This document shows positions 38,377 to 48,734 of a stretch of DNA of 64,000 nt, piece by piece; within the stretch, counting starts at the first letter, position 1; every line of letters begins with the position of its first letter. The stretch covers positions 161,538 through 225,537 of the forward strand of contig CAYGJY010000002.1 of NCBI GenBank assembly GCA_964350645.1, written 5' to 3'. The position numbers and the translations under genes were made by a program. This DNA is from an uncultured Candidatus Saccharibacteria bacterium. GTDB taxonomy: Bacteria; Patescibacteriota; Minisyncoccia; Phycocordibacterales; UBA918. The notes under the pieces were generated by a model, which worked only from the letters and a program-made list of their open reading frames with translations, searched no databases and was not told the DNA's origin.

Positions 38377-38850
38377 ATGCGACGACCAATTAAAAAACGA
38401 CCAGTAGTCAATCCAGACATTAAGTTTGCGTCAGTTGATGTGGAACGCCTCATTAACTATGTGATGCTTCGTGGTCAAAAAGAAACAGCTCGCAAAATTG
38501 TGTATGCTGCTTTTGAAGAAATTAAAAATGCCAAGGAAGGTGGTGGTGACCCAATCGAGGTTTTCAACACAGCTCTAAGAAACGCTGGTCCATCAATGGA
38601 AGTTCGCTCACGCCGGGTTGGTGGAGCCAACTATCAAGTGCCTCGTGAAGTTCGCCCTGAACGACGACTGTCACTCTCACTACGATGGCTGATCGGAGCT
38701 GCTCGCGGTGCCAAGGGTATCCCAATGCACAAAGCGCTCGCCAACGAAATTATGCTCGCAGCCAAGGAAGAAGGAGTAGCCGTGAAGAAGAAGGAGGATA
38801 TGCATAAGATGGCGGAGGCTAACCGTGCTTTCGCGCATTTTGCCTGGTAA
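38377..38850 (+). CDS. rpsG: 30S ribosomal protein S7
   Basis: [11 protein letters not shown] and [10 protein letters not shown] motifs. Confidence 0.98.
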   Translation: MRRPIKKRPVVNPDIKFASVDVERLINYVMLRGQKETARKIVYAAFEEIKNAKEGGGDPIEVFNTALRNAGPSMEVRSRRVGGANYQVPREVRPERRLSLSLRWLIGAARGAKGIPMHKALANEIMLAAKEEGVAVKKKEDMHKMAEANRAFAHFAW

Positions 38851-39238
38851 TTTAGGAGTCGTTAGACGAACTAAATTCCAGTTGCAAATGCGGTGATACC
38901 CCTTGCGGGTGCGCGCACTTCGCTTGGTAAGAAATTCCACAATTGGCGCTGCGCTTCGTTGCCGCACGAAAAATATTCTTCACCGTACCCCAAGTACGAC
39001 TCAGAATATTTTTCGCTAGCGCCTCGCGCAGCATCCAATTCTGAAATTCCTACATGAAAAAGCTCGCAGTTAACTGCGAGTTTTTTCGTGCAAACTTGGT
39101 AGTGCATTCCAAGATAAAATCAATGTTGAGTAACAAGTGTGCTAGAAGTTGTCTTTCTATTTGCCCAATGCTGTAGTTAGGAGTATGTTTTAAATATAAA
39201 CTCAGTCAGCATGAAGTGAGTTCAGAGTAAGAATATAT

Positions 39239-39898
39239 ATGTCAAAAGAAATTATTTTAGATAAAACAAAAAATGAAATTCGAGAAGTAGTCTGCATCAG
39301 ATGTGATAATACTACAAATCATATAGTTTGTGGATCAGTAAAATTAGAATGGCGCAACGAAGATATACAAGGATACGATATCTACGAAACAATACGTTGC
39401 TTAGGGTGTGACAATGTTTCTTTTCGCATTGCATCTGGAAATTCAGAAGACTACTACCACGATGACGAAGGTCATAGCTTTTATCCTGAAACTGAGGAAA
39501 TTTATCCCAGCCGTTTGATGGGTAGAGTGCCTCTTAAAGACATGTATTCTCTACCTGATAAGGTACGATTAATATATAAAGAGACTCATGCGGCATTATG
39601 TACAAAATTGAAAGTTCTAGCTGGAGTCGGCATAAGGGCATTAGTTGAAGCTGTGTGTTCAGAAGAAAAGGCGAAGGGAGGTAATCTTGAGAAAAAGATT
39701 GACGATTTAGTCGAGAAAAATATTCTTACAAAGAAAAATGCTGAAGTATTACATCGTACTCGTCTTTTGGGTAATAAAGCAGCACATGAGAGTAGTGCCC
39801 CCGCAGATTCTGAATTGGATGTTGCTTTTGATATTGTAGAAAATCTTCTTGAAACTGTTTATATTATCCCCAAAAAGGCTGAACGATTAAAATCGTAA
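39239..39898 (+). CDS. DUF4145 domain protein with N-terminal CxxC pairs
   Basis: RALVEAVC..NLEKKID..RLLGNKAAH; AT-rich DNA. Confidence 0.85.
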   Translation: MSKEIILDKTKNEIREVVCIRCDNTTNHIVCGSVKLEWRNEDIQGYDIYETIRCLGCDNVSFRIASGNSEDYYHDDEGHSFYPETEEIYPSRLMGRVPLKDMYSLPDKVRLIYKETHAALCTKLKVLAGVGIRALVEAVCSEEKAKGGNLEKKIDDLVEKNILTKKNAEVLHRTRLLGNKAAHESSAPADSELDVAFDIVENLLETVYIIPKKAERLKS

Positions 39899-40014
39899 AT
39901 TTAGAATTATGTGTGCATATTTATACTAATTCTAATTAAAACTATAGGACAATAATCGTATAAAAGTTCTCGTTTGTTCGATAGTAAACTGGTATTTAGT
40001 TTATACTTACAAAT

Positions 40015-40362
40015 ATGAATACTCTTCTCAAGCTCGAAATGATTATACTGATAGTGCTGGCCGTGTGGCTGTTTAGTCTGATGGGTTTTGCCTGGTGGTG
40101 GTTTGCGGTGTTGTTTTTAGTGCCAGATGTTGGGATGATCGGGTATGTTGCTTCACCGAAGGTAGGGGCGTGGACATACAACCTCACGCATCACCTTGGT
40201 CTGGCGACGCTGATAATCATCGCCGGGTCTGAGCTGGCTATTCCGTGGGTAGAGCTCGCGGGCATCATTATGCTCGGGCACTCCGCCTTTGACCGAGTGC
40301 TTGGCTATGGTCTGAAGTACCCCGATGCATTTAAACACACGCATCTAGGTTGGCTTAAGTAG
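40015..40362 (+). CDS. DUF4260 membrane protein
   Basis: YNLTH, DRVLGYGLKY and HTHLG motifs. Confidence 0.88.
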   Translation: MNTLLKLEMIILIVLAVWLFSLMGFAWWWFAVLFLVPDVGMIGYVASPKVGAWTYNLTHHLGLATLIIIAGSELAIPWVELAGIIMLGHSAFDRVLGYGLKYPDAFKHTHLGWLK

Positions 40363-40404
40363 TTTTGTCTAAAAAAGAGACCTTTTCGGGTGTATAGTTA
40401 AAGT

Positions 40405-40719
40405 ATGAAAAACCTTATTAAAGAGCACATTGAGTATTTAAAAGATAATCCAGAAGGGTATTGGTTTAAGCGGAAGCTCTATGGCTACGGCTGGACACCA
40501 GCAACTAAAGAGGGTTGGGTGGTGACTCTAGGAGCTATTGCGGTGATTGTTGGTAACGCAGTGCGTTTTGAACGCGGTGGGTATGCCGACGGTGACGTTG
40601 TACTACAGATGTTGGCACCGACGTTCTTAGCTGTCGCCGTTTTGTTGTACTTTTGTTTTACAAAAGGTGAAAAGCCAAAGTGGCAGTGGGGCAGTGACAT
40701 TGCAGAAGATAAAGATTAG
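40405..40719 (+). CDS. Small membrane protein
   Basis: WFKRKLYGYGWTP motif and two TM segments. Confidence 0.8.
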   Translation: MKNLIKEHIEYLKDNPEGYWFKRKLYGYGWTPATKEGWVVTLGAIAVIVGNAVRFERGGYADGDVVLQMLAPTFLAVAVLLYFCFTKGEKPKWQWGSDIAEDKD

Positions 40720-40767
40720 GTTTTTGGTCTTTGTTTTGCTATAAATAATCACCTCAAAAAACAGGAG

Positions 40768-41229
40768 ATGATGATGGATAGGCCATCGTGGTTGCCGCCT
40801 TATCGGTGGAAGTACCTGCTCCTCGCGTGGTTTTTTAACGGGGTAGCAGTGTTCATTATTAACCAAAACGAAGGAGGTGTCGCTGGAGCTAGCATGGCAG
40901 CACTTGTTCAGTTCGGCGTTTCGACTTTGGCTGGATATAGTGTTCCGTTCTGTCAAAAACATGTTTTTGACAGGCCAATTGCCAAAGCATATTTCTACGG
41001 ATCGCTCACTATGGCGTTGGTGATCGCCAGTGCTGGTGCGCTCGCTCACTTTATATTTCAAACGCCTGACTATTGGTCGACCGTCGCTTGGAACTTCTGG
41101 CTCAACCTAGTTGGCGGGTTTGTGTTGGTAAGCTGCAAGCGCTCGAATGCGTTTGTCACCCGTCGCCTACGACATTCAGTGGGTCTAAAGGTGGCAATGA
41201 CTTATTATCGGTTTTGGAAGAGGCTCTAG
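40768..41229 (+). CDS. Hypothetical membrane protein
   Basis: AGGAG SD and four hydrophobic segments. Confidence 0.7.
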   Translation: MMMDRPSWLPPYRWKYLLLAWFFNGVAVFIINQNEGGVAGASMAALVQFGVSTLAGYSVPFCQKHVFDRPIAKAYFYGSLTMALVIASAGALAHFIFQTPDYWSTVAWNFWLNLVGGFVLVSCKRSNAFVTRRLRHSVGLKVAMTYYRFWKRL

Positions 41230-41346
41230 TTGCGTGTGTATTCTGCGACTAGAGCCTCTGTGTTTTTGATTATACAAAGTGCAGAAAGCCGCCGGTAGAA
41301 GAGTGGGAGTCTTCATTTCCGACGGCCTTTTTAGTCAATCGTCGAG

Positions 41347-41697
41347 CTAGGTTTTTAGGCCTAACGTGGTGAAGCTAAATCCAATCAGTATTGACCCGCT
41401 TGATCCTGGTATGACGAATTTGATCAGTTGGTGGGTCACCACGCCGTTTGTCTCGGCTTTTCCAACGACTGACTGCCAGACTTTCCTGGCTTCCCCGCCA
41501 ATCGAAGTAATTTGGTGACACCCGTCTGGCAGAGTAAGACTCGATCGATACTGATCAAGCTTTGTCACCAGATCAGTAGCTTGCTCTAAGGTCTGGCAAA
41601 TCGTAGCGCCAGTGATCCATACCCATCTCCCGTCTTCAGCTTTGGCGGGTGAAGCGATACAGCTGAAGCAGAAAAATAACAATACAATCCGTCCCAT
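41347..41697 (-). CDS. Secreted hypothetical protein
   Basis: GGAGG SD and signal peptide (AKA|ED). Confidence 0.7.
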   Translation of the reverse strand: MGRIVLLFFCFSCIASPAKAEDGRWVWITGATICQTLEQATDLVTKLDQYRSSLTLPDGCHQITSIGGEARKVWQSVVGKAETNGVVTHQLIKFVIPGSSGSILIGFSFTTLGLKT

Positions 41698-41767
41698 TTT
41701 GTCCTCCGGTATTCGTCTGTGGGTGATGAATTAGGTATACCTCTAAATGCTCAAAGCAGCAATACTT

Positions 41768-42853
41768 TTATTGATTAGGCCTTCCGCCAACGCGTTTGGC
41801 AACCTTGAGTAAGATAAAGAGAATCAGGAAGAGGAGGCTGAGTTGTACTAAGACCGGGTGACCAAGATAAAGTGAGAAGATGAGTAAGATGAAGGTGTAG
41901 ATTCGGTCGATGATAGTAACAAAGATGTCAGTGATTTTTTGGAACCAGCCGACAGAAGCCCCTTGTTCTTTTGGTGTGTCTTGGCTACGGGAAACAGAGC
42001 CAAAACCATTTTCGTTGGTTACAGTGTCGAGATTGCTGGCTGTTTCTGAGGTAGTGCTCGACGAGCTGGCTGATTCGCTTGGCGAATCAGCCAGCTCGTC
42101 TTCAGTCGGCGTGAGCACCTCCCCGTCAGTGCTCCGGGCACTGCGGTAGGCATCGATTCTTCTCTTTGTTTCATTGATACTTTCGGTAAAGGTAGACAGA
42201 ATGTTATCGGCCCGACTTTCGGTTAGGTACTGCTCGAGGCCGTCAGGTTCGCTACCGTTTTGATCAACATTCACGTTAGTTTCTTGTGTGGCCTCAGGTG
42301 GATCTTCGTTGTCTGATTCGGTTGCGGTCGTCTCTGGTGGTGCTGGATCGTTTGGATCAAGTGGGTCGGTGCCATCAGCTTTTTCTTTGTTGTCACTTAT
42401 ACCATCGTTGTCGTCGTCTTGATCATCAGTATTGCCGATACCGTCACTATCAGTATCACGATCGACAAAGACTGTGTCCTCAGCCAACGCTGATACAACT
42501 TCAGCAGTCTTGGTGGTGCTGCCGACTTTGCTTAACTCAATTCGTGAGAGTGACGCAGTGATAGTGTGTTCACCAAAGCTTGGCGCCCAGTCTGCCCAGG
42601 TTTCGATAATTCGGTTATCAAGGGCGGATACGTTGGTTCGTTCGATGAGTTCACCATTGTCATAGAATTCCACTCGACCAGATAAATCAGCACCGGTGTT
42701 GTTGCGGATGGCGACGTAGATCCTGGTGGTGTCACCAACAAATAGTACGTCACGGTCATACCACAGACCTTGTACAATCCCGGCATTAAATTCTTGGGCA
42801 GAGACAGCTGAAGCGGATATGATAAATATAAGGACGGCACATAGCCATTTCAT
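41768..42853 (-). CDS. Surface protein: Ig-like domain, TSP3-like Ca-binding repeat, C-terminal anchor
   Basis: Signal peptide; DTDSDGIGNTDDQDDDNDGISD..GTDP. Confidence 0.85.
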   Translation of the reverse strand: MKWLCAVLIFIISASAVSAQEFNAGIVQGLWYDRDVLFVGDTTRIYVAIRNNTGADLSGRVEFYDNGELIERTNVSALDNRIIETWADWAPSFGEHTITASLSRIELSKVGSTTKTAEVVSALAEDTVFVDRDTDSDGIGNTDDQDDDNDGISDNKEKADGTDPLDPNDPAPPETTATESDNEDPPEATQETNVNVDQNGSEPDGLEQYLTESRADNILSTFTESINETKRRIDAYRSARSTDGEVLTPTEDELADSPSESASSSSTTSETASNLDTVTNENGFGSVSRSQDTPKEQGASVGWFQKITDIFVTIIDRIYTFILLIFSLYLGHPVLVQLSLLFLILFILLKVAKRVGGRPNQ

Positions 42854-42904
42854 ATGATCTTAGTATACCGAAATTTCTCGTAAAATTATGATATTGTGAC
42901 CACA

Positions 42905-43555
42905 ATGAAGATTACAGAGATTTATAAAAAATATCCGATCAACCAGGGCTTGCAGCGACATATGGTGCAGGTCGCAGCAGTTGCAAAGCAAATCTGCGAT
43001 CATATCTCAGTACCCGTCGATACTCATTTTGTGGTGAGTGTGTGCTTAGTTCATGACCTTGGTAATCTGGCTAAGATAAAGTTTGGCCTAGGTCATGATT
43101 ACCACTTTGAGCCCGAAGGTCTAACTTACTGGCAAGAGAAACAAACTGAAGTGTGGGAGACGATTAGTCGTGATGAACATGAAGTGACCAATTATTATCT
43201 GGATGATTTGGGTTTGTCACCTGAAATAAAAGCGGCAGTTAATGTAATGGGACTTTCAGAATTATCCGAGACAGCTATACATAGATCGACTGAACACCAG
43301 ATTATTACCTACGCTGATATGCGAGTAGGGTTGCACGGTATTGTCTCTGCCGGAGAGCGTATGGCTGATCTTAAAAGACGCTATGTGCCCGAACGCCATA
43401 CTGGGGCAGAGATCGATGAATGTACAGACGTATTGCTTGCTATGGAAAGGAAGTTGTTTGCTGGGTCAGGTATCAACCCGGCAGATATTACCGATGTTTC
43501 GACCGCTGAGATTCAGAAAGAATTGTTGGAGTGGAAGATTGAGACGGTGCAGTAA
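42905..43555 (+). CDS. HD-domain phosphohydrolase
   Basis: H..VHDLGN..YAD motifs. Confidence 0.85.
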   Translation: MKITEIYKKYPINQGLQRHMVQVAAVAKQICDHISVPVDTHFVVSVCLVHDLGNLAKIKFGLGHDYHFEPEGLTYWQEKQTEVWETISRDEHEVTNYYLDDLGLSPEIKAAVNVMGLSELSETAIHRSTEHQIITYADMRVGLHGIVSAGERMADLKRRYVPERHTGAEIDECTDVLLAMERKLFAGSGINPADITDVSTAEIQKELLEWKIETVQ

Positions 43556-43585
43556 TGGACCGGCGCCGAAGGTGCCGGTCATAGT

Positions 43586-45097
43586 TTATTGCCGCGCCTG
43601 TAACTTCTCAACTGGGGCAAAGTCATCGGTGAGAAGAATTTCAGAAGTTAAATCAAATGTAGTCAGGTCAAGTGCAAGGTTTTGCACAGTGCTTGTTCCG
43701 CCACCAGTGAAGGTAATGTGCTGGTCGGTAAAATTGATAGGAGCACCTCCTTTGCGGGCGACCAATATTACATTCTGCAACTGTGAGAGTTCGTTTTTTT
43801 CAATGGCATAGGCTCGTGTATTTGGAAACACTGCCAGTAGTGTTTTTGTGACTGATCCAAATAGTGATGGGATGCTTGTTTCTGGGATACCGACAAAGTT
43901 TACTAGTAAGACTCCCTCGTCATGTAAGTGTTCTGAAATTCGTTGATAAAACTCAAGAGTGGTCAAATGAAATGGGGCTGCCAAATCCGTCCCAAAGGCA
44001 TCAGCAAAGATGACGTCGTACCTCTTATTCGTCCCCTGTAGAAATACCCGCGCATCCATTGGGTAGTTGGTAATTCGCGAGGTGTCAGATAGATCGAAAT
44101 ATTCCTGAGCCAAATCAAATAAGATTGGCTCAATTTCAACAACGTCGATATTGAGTTCGGGATTTGCTGCGCTGAGCGTGCGCGGGATAGTATACGCTCC
44201 GCCACCGATTAATAAAAAATCCTCAGCTGAGGGTACTAAGATGTTATAGAATTCTGCAAACTGCGTGTAAGCAAACGGTAGTTCTTTTGAGGTAAGGTAG
44301 ATGGCGGAAGAGTTATTAGTATCACGGTTAAGTAGTCGGCCAGCCCGATTGTTTATCAAAACATCTCTGATTTTGATTGAGCTGTAGAGACCATCACTAT
44401 AATACAGATAAGAAGCCTGGTTACGTGTGTGGATGAGGTTGATGCTTCCGAGTAAGAGTATGCTGACACCAATGATTAGTGCTATCCAAATGAGATGTCG
44501 GACCTGTCTGAGATAGAGCGGCATTAGCAGACCAAGAATAATGAGGCAGGCACCTGATGTCATAATTGTATTTTGGACGCCGAGGGTGGGAATGAGCCAA
44601 AAGCCAGTGAGAAGACTACCCAAAATACTACCAGCAGTGCCCCAAAAAAAAGTTTTACCGACAACACTACCGATGTGTTCGGTTGGGGTATTGATTGATT
44701 GAATTTTTATAATGTACGGCGAGACTATTCCCAATAAAAAAGCCGGTACAAAGAATAGGGCTAGGCTAAAGACAAGAGGTCCGAGCTGTGGCCCGAGTTG
44801 TGCAGCGGCTGCGGGTAAGACAAAAAGGGCGACTAGCTCTAAGAGTAAAATCAAAACACCACTGAGGGTGATTATTTTGTACAGCTCAGATATAGATTGC
44901 TTTGAATCAGCCCGTTTACCGCCGTACCAATAACCGCAACTGAGGGCGGCGAGAATGATCGATAACACACTCGAAAAAACATAAAGTGATGAACCGTAAT
45001 AAGGTGAAAGTAGGCGAACCGCTGCAACTTCAAGAATAAGGACAGCTGCACCAGTAATAAATACGCTGACAAACAGGGCAGAATTTAGCTTACGCAT
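43586..45097 (-). CDS. Fused membrane domain / spermidine-synthase-like methyltransferase
   Basis: TM N-terminus; IGGG, VVEIEP, DAR and YDVIFADAF motifs. Confidence 0.9.
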   Translation of the reverse strand: MRKLNSALFVSVFITGAAVLILEVAAVRLLSPYYGSSLYVFSSVLSIILAALSCGYWYGGKRADSKQSISELYKIITLSGVLILLLELVALFVLPAAAAQLGPQLGPLVFSLALFFVPAFLLGIVSPYIIKIQSINTPTEHIGSVVGKTFFWGTAGSILGSLLTGFWLIPTLGVQNTIMTSGACLIILGLLMPLYLRQVRHLIWIALIIGVSILLLGSINLIHTRNQASYLYYSDGLYSSIKIRDVLINNRAGRLLNRDTNNSSAIYLTSKELPFAYTQFAEFYNILVPSAEDFLLIGGGAYTIPRTLSAANPELNIDVVEIEPILFDLAQEYFDLSDTSRITNYPMDARVFLQGTNKRYDVIFADAFGTDLAAPFHLTTLEFYQRISEHLHDEGVLLVNFVGIPETSIPSLFGSVTKTLLAVFPNTRAYAIEKNELSQLQNVILVARKGGAPINFTDQHITFTGGGTSTVQNLALDLTTFDLTSEILLTDDFAPVEKLQARQ

Positions 45098-45177
45098 TGG
45101 CTAATAGTAGCAAACTTTATCGTCAGAGGAACGATGTGTGGTTGAGTTGTGCTGAGAATGCGCTAGGATAGAGCGCT

Positions 45178-46662
45178 ATGACACAGCCGCAAGGACTTAT
45201 TACCTTTAATGACGTATCGTACGAGCACGACGTCACCAAACCAATTTTGATTGAGTCGTCATTTTCGGTGCGCCGGGGCGCTAAGTTTACGTTGATGGGT
45301 CAAAACGGTGCTGGGAAAACTACACTCTTTAAATTGATTACTGGAGAGCATCAGCCAGATGAAGGCATGATCCATATTGCGACGCGTACCAGTATTGCGG
45401 TATCAAGACAAGTTATTCCGCGAGCAGAGCTTGAACTCACGTTGCGAGAATTTTTTGCCAAGTGCTTTACGGAGACCGTGTATGATATCGACCCGAAGAT
45501 TGATGCTATTTTGGAGGTGGTGAATTTAACACCGACAAATCCAGAGGTTGCAAAGAATTTTAAAGAGCGGATTATTGGGAGTTTTTCTGGTGGTCAGCAA
45601 GCGCGACTTCTACTTGCGTCAGCTTTGATTCAAAAACCAGATATTCTACTTCTTGATGAACCGACTAATAACCTCGACTATGAAGGAATTGAACATCTGA
45701 CCCAGTTTCTCAAAGACTACCGTCAGACAGTAATTGTGATTTCTCATGATTCTGATTTCTTGAATGCCTTTACTCACGGTGTGCTCTATCTCAATACCCA
45801 AACAAGAAAGATCGAACAATATAATGGAAACTATCACGACGTGGTTAAAGAAATTGGTGCTCAAGTAGAAAAAGAACGCCGGAAAAATGCGCAGTTAGAA
45901 AAAGAAATTCAAGCCAACAAAGACAAAGCTAACTTCTTTGCGAATAAAGGTGGCGGTATGCGTGCGGTTGCCAAGCGGATGCGTGAGAAAGTCGATGAAT
46001 ATGAAGATAACAAAGTTGAAGTGCGCAAAGAAGATCGAACAATTCGTGACTTCACTATCCCCACTCAGGCAGGTGTACCGCTCGACGTACTGAAGTTGAG
46101 CTCGTATCAAGTGATTAAAAACCATAACCCAAAAGTGGTCGAGTGTGACTTGACCCTTAAGCGTGGTCAGCATTGGCGTATCATTGGTCCAAATGGTATT
46201 GGAAAAACGACATTGCTTGAGTCATTAGCTTCAGGGCATGCGGCCGGTGAACACGTCGCTTCGGGAGTGAAGATTGGCTATTACCGGCAAGATTTTTCTA
46301 ACTTAGATTTTGAAGAAACAGTCGCGGCGTGTCTGATGAAGGCGATGGAGAGTAAGCTTGAGGAGAAAATGCGTAGTGTCGCTGCGGGGTATTTACTTAC
46401 TGGCGACGTGATTAAAACAAAGATCGGGTTACTCTCCGAAGGTCAGAAAGGTTTGGTCGCATTTGCTCGACTACAACTGCTCGAGCCAGGTTTGCTGATT
46501 CTTGATGAGCCGACCAATCACATCAATTTTCGACATATCCCCGTTATCGCTAAAGCGCTTCATGCCTTTGAAGGTGCTATGATAGTAGTCTCGCACGTTG
46601 AAGATTTTGTCGAACAGATTAGAATCGATGAGGTGCTAGATTTAAATAAGAAACATAAATAA
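45178..46662 (+). CDS. ABC-F family ATPase
   Basis: Two nucleotide-binding domains (GQNGAGKT, GPNGIGKT; DEPTN twice), no TM. Confidence 0.93.
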   Translation: MTQPQGLITFNDVSYEHDVTKPILIESSFSVRRGAKFTLMGQNGAGKTTLFKLITGEHQPDEGMIHIATRTSIAVSRQVIPRAELELTLREFFAKCFTETVYDIDPKIDAILEVVNLTPTNPEVAKNFKERIIGSFSGGQQARLLLASALIQKPDILLLDEPTNNLDYEGIEHLTQFLKDYRQTVIVISHDSDFLNAFTHGVLYLNTQTRKIEQYNGNYHDVVKEIGAQVEKERRKNAQLEKEIQANKDKANFFANKGGGMRAVAKRMREKVDEYEDNKVEVRKEDRTIRDFTIPTQAGVPLDVLKLSSYQVIKNHNPKVVECDLTLKRGQHWRIIGPNGIGKTTLLESLASGHAAGEHVASGVKIGYYRQDFSNLDFEETVAACLMKAMESKLEEKMRSVAAGYLLTGDVIKTKIGLLSEGQKGLVAFARLQLLEPGLLILDEPTNHINFRHIPVIAKALHAFEGAMIVVSHVEDFVEQIRIDEVLDLNKKHK

Positions 46663-46663
46663 T

Positions 46664-46729
46664 ATGGCCAAAGGTCAAGATAAAAAGAAAGAGGTGAAGA
46701 AGCCAAAGAAAGACAAGGTGAAGAAATAA
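46664..46729 (+). CDS. 21-aa Lys-rich peptide MAKGQDKKKEVKKPKKDKVKK
   Basis: Starts 1 nt after the ABC-F stop and ends before the terminator. Confidence 0.65.
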   Translation: MAKGQDKKKEVKKPKKDKVKK

Positions 46730-46805
46730 ATGAAACAGCGGGGCGCCTATGGCGCCCCGCTGTTTTTGTTGGCAGTTCATTGATTGTCATTTATACTGTC
46801 GCCCT

Positions 46806-47861
46806 ATGGAACATCGAACATTAGGCACAAGCAATATCAAAGTCCCGGCAATTTGTTTGGGGACCATGACATGGGGCCAGCAAAATACTGAGGCAGAAGC
46901 ACATGAGCAGCTTAGCTATGCCGTTGATGAGCGGGGCTTATATTTTTTAGATACTGCAGAAATTTATCCAATCCCGCCTGAGAAAGAAAAACAGGGTCGA
47001 ACTGAAACGTATATTGGCACGTGGCTTGCAAAGCGGGGAAAGCGTGATGATCTCATCATTGCGAGTAAGGCATGTGTTGCGCCACCAATGATGCGGACTC
47101 GGGATGCAAGTGTGGCAGCGCACTACAGTAAAGAGAGTATTCACAGCGCAATCGACGGCACACTCAAACGATTGCAGACTGATTATATTGATCTGTACCA
47201 AATCCACTGGCCTGAGCGTCCCACCAATTTCTTTGGTCAGCGGGGCTTTGCTGAAGATGTCGAACACGACTCAACACCGATTCGAGAAACCCTCGAAGCG
47301 TTAGCTGAACTCGTAAAATCTGGGAAGGTGCGACACGTTGGTATTTCAAACGAAACTCCTTGGGGGGTTTCGGAGTATCTGCGCCTAGCTCGAGAAGAAG
47401 GATTGCTGAAGATTGTGTCCATTCAAAACCAGTACAGTCTCACAAACCGCACATACGAAATTGGTTTAGCAGAAATCACTATGAAAGAACAGGTGAGTCT
47501 GTTGGCATACTCGGCCCTTAATATGGGAGTGTTGACCGGTAAGTATCTTGATGGAGCACGGCCTGAAGGTGCGCGATTTACCATGTTTGATCGAAATAAA
47601 GAACGTTACAATCCACCGTACGAGCACGCACAGTCAGTGATCAGAATGTACGTTGACTTGGCTAAGAAGTACGATCTTGATCCAGCGACGTTGGCTTTGG
47701 CATTTGCTACCAACCGAGCCTTCACCACCTCGACTATTATCGGTGCGACAACTATGGAACAACTTAAAGTCTGCATTGATGCTGGTGATGTGACATTGTC
47801 CGAAGAGATTATGAGCGAGATTGAACACATTCAAAAAGAACATCCAGACGTAACGACCTAG
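46806..47861 (+). CDS. Aldo/keto reductase (Tas-like)
   Basis: LGTMTWG, DTAEIY, YQIHWP and IQNQY motifs. Confidence 0.93.
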   Translation: MEHRTLGTSNIKVPAICLGTMTWGQQNTEAEAHEQLSYAVDERGLYFLDTAEIYPIPPEKEKQGRTETYIGTWLAKRGKRDDLIIASKACVAPPMMRTRDASVAAHYSKESIHSAIDGTLKRLQTDYIDLYQIHWPERPTNFFGQRGFAEDVEHDSTPIRETLEALAELVKSGKVRHVGISNETPWGVSEYLRLAREEGLLKIVSIQNQYSLTNRTYEIGLAEITMKEQVSLLAYSALNMGVLTGKYLDGARPEGARFTMFDRNKERYNPPYEHAQSVIRMYVDLAKKYDLDPATLALAFATNRAFTTSTIIGATTMEQLKVCIDAGDVTLSEEIMSEIEHIQKEHPDVTT

Positions 47862-47923
47862 CTTAAAGAACACAAAAACCGGCGAGCAAGGCTTGCCGGT
47901 TTTTGTGTTCTTCGCACCAGGGA

Positions 47924-48661
47924 TTAAAAAGCATCTAGTAAGATGCTCAGATCAGCGGTTGAAACCCGGCCGTCAAGGTTGAAATCCGAACGGAGATTGT
48001 TAGTCGCAAGGTGCCGCATAAAAATGCTGACGTCAGCTAGCGATTGGCGGCCATCTTCGTTAAGGTCTGGGCTCGGAGCTTCAGGCACAATTCGTACTGT
48101 TGGTCCAAGCAGGCTTTTCCCAAAGACGGTTTCTGACTGCATGGTTGTTTCATTGGTGATCGCAAAAATAGCGTCTACGGGGCTGGATAGCGGTGCGTCG
48201 GTACCTAAGCCATCGTGCTGAAGAATTCGCGCTTCTTTTAAACTGATAGCCGCGTCACCCGTTTCTTTGGTGGTAAAGATTACCGTTATGAGTGTATCTT
48301 CACCGACAAATCCACCAGATCGTGTGCTACCGCCAATGAAGTTAATTGTGCCTTCACCATTGCTATACCATGGTTCTTCTGCCCAGAGGTCAGCGATTGA
48401 GGTGTTATAGTCAATTTGTTTGACGGCCAGTTTATCTGCGTCAAAAAGAATGTCACCTTTGTATACATTTACTGGGATATCGCTTGCGACTTGGATTCTA
48501 ATTGTAAAGGTCTCGCCAGTTATGGCAGAGCCAGATGCAGGATCAATAAACATACTGGTACTAGGGGCGGTAATAGTGGCACCCATTAGCCAGCCACCAA
48601 CAGCAACTATACTGGCAATTAGGGTTGTAAAGGCTATACGACTCAAAGTAATGCTTGGCAT
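47924..48661 (-). CDS. Cohesin-like plus dockerin-like domain protein
   Basis: Cohesin-like beta domain; DLNEDGRQSLAD / DFNLDGRVSTAD repeat. Confidence 0.8.
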   Translation of the reverse strand: MPSITLSRIAFTTLIASIVAVGGWLMGATITAPSTSMFIDPASGSAITGETFTIRIQVASDIPVNVYKGDILFDADKLAVKQIDYNTSIADLWAEEPWYSNGEGTINFIGGSTRSGGFVGEDTLITVIFTTKETGDAAISLKEARILQHDGLGTDAPLSSPVDAIFAITNETTMQSETVFGKSLLGPTVRIVPEAPSPDLNEDGRQSLADVSIFMRHLATNNLRSDFNLDGRVSTADLSILLDAF

Positions 48662-48734
48662 AGATACTATAAGTATGCCATAGCGAAAGAGGCTCTGTCC
48701 GTAGTTTTTCTGAGGGTGTGTTTAGTAGTGATTG

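Noticed and set aside
40768-40776. ATG ATG ATG as another Met sensor
   Set aside because: It is the start of a normal SD-led CDS and has no attenuator structure.
47924-48661. Cohesin-dockerin protein as evidence of a cellulosome
   Set aside because: Isolated domains of this kind are common in CPR surface proteins, and no glycoside hydrolases are nearby.
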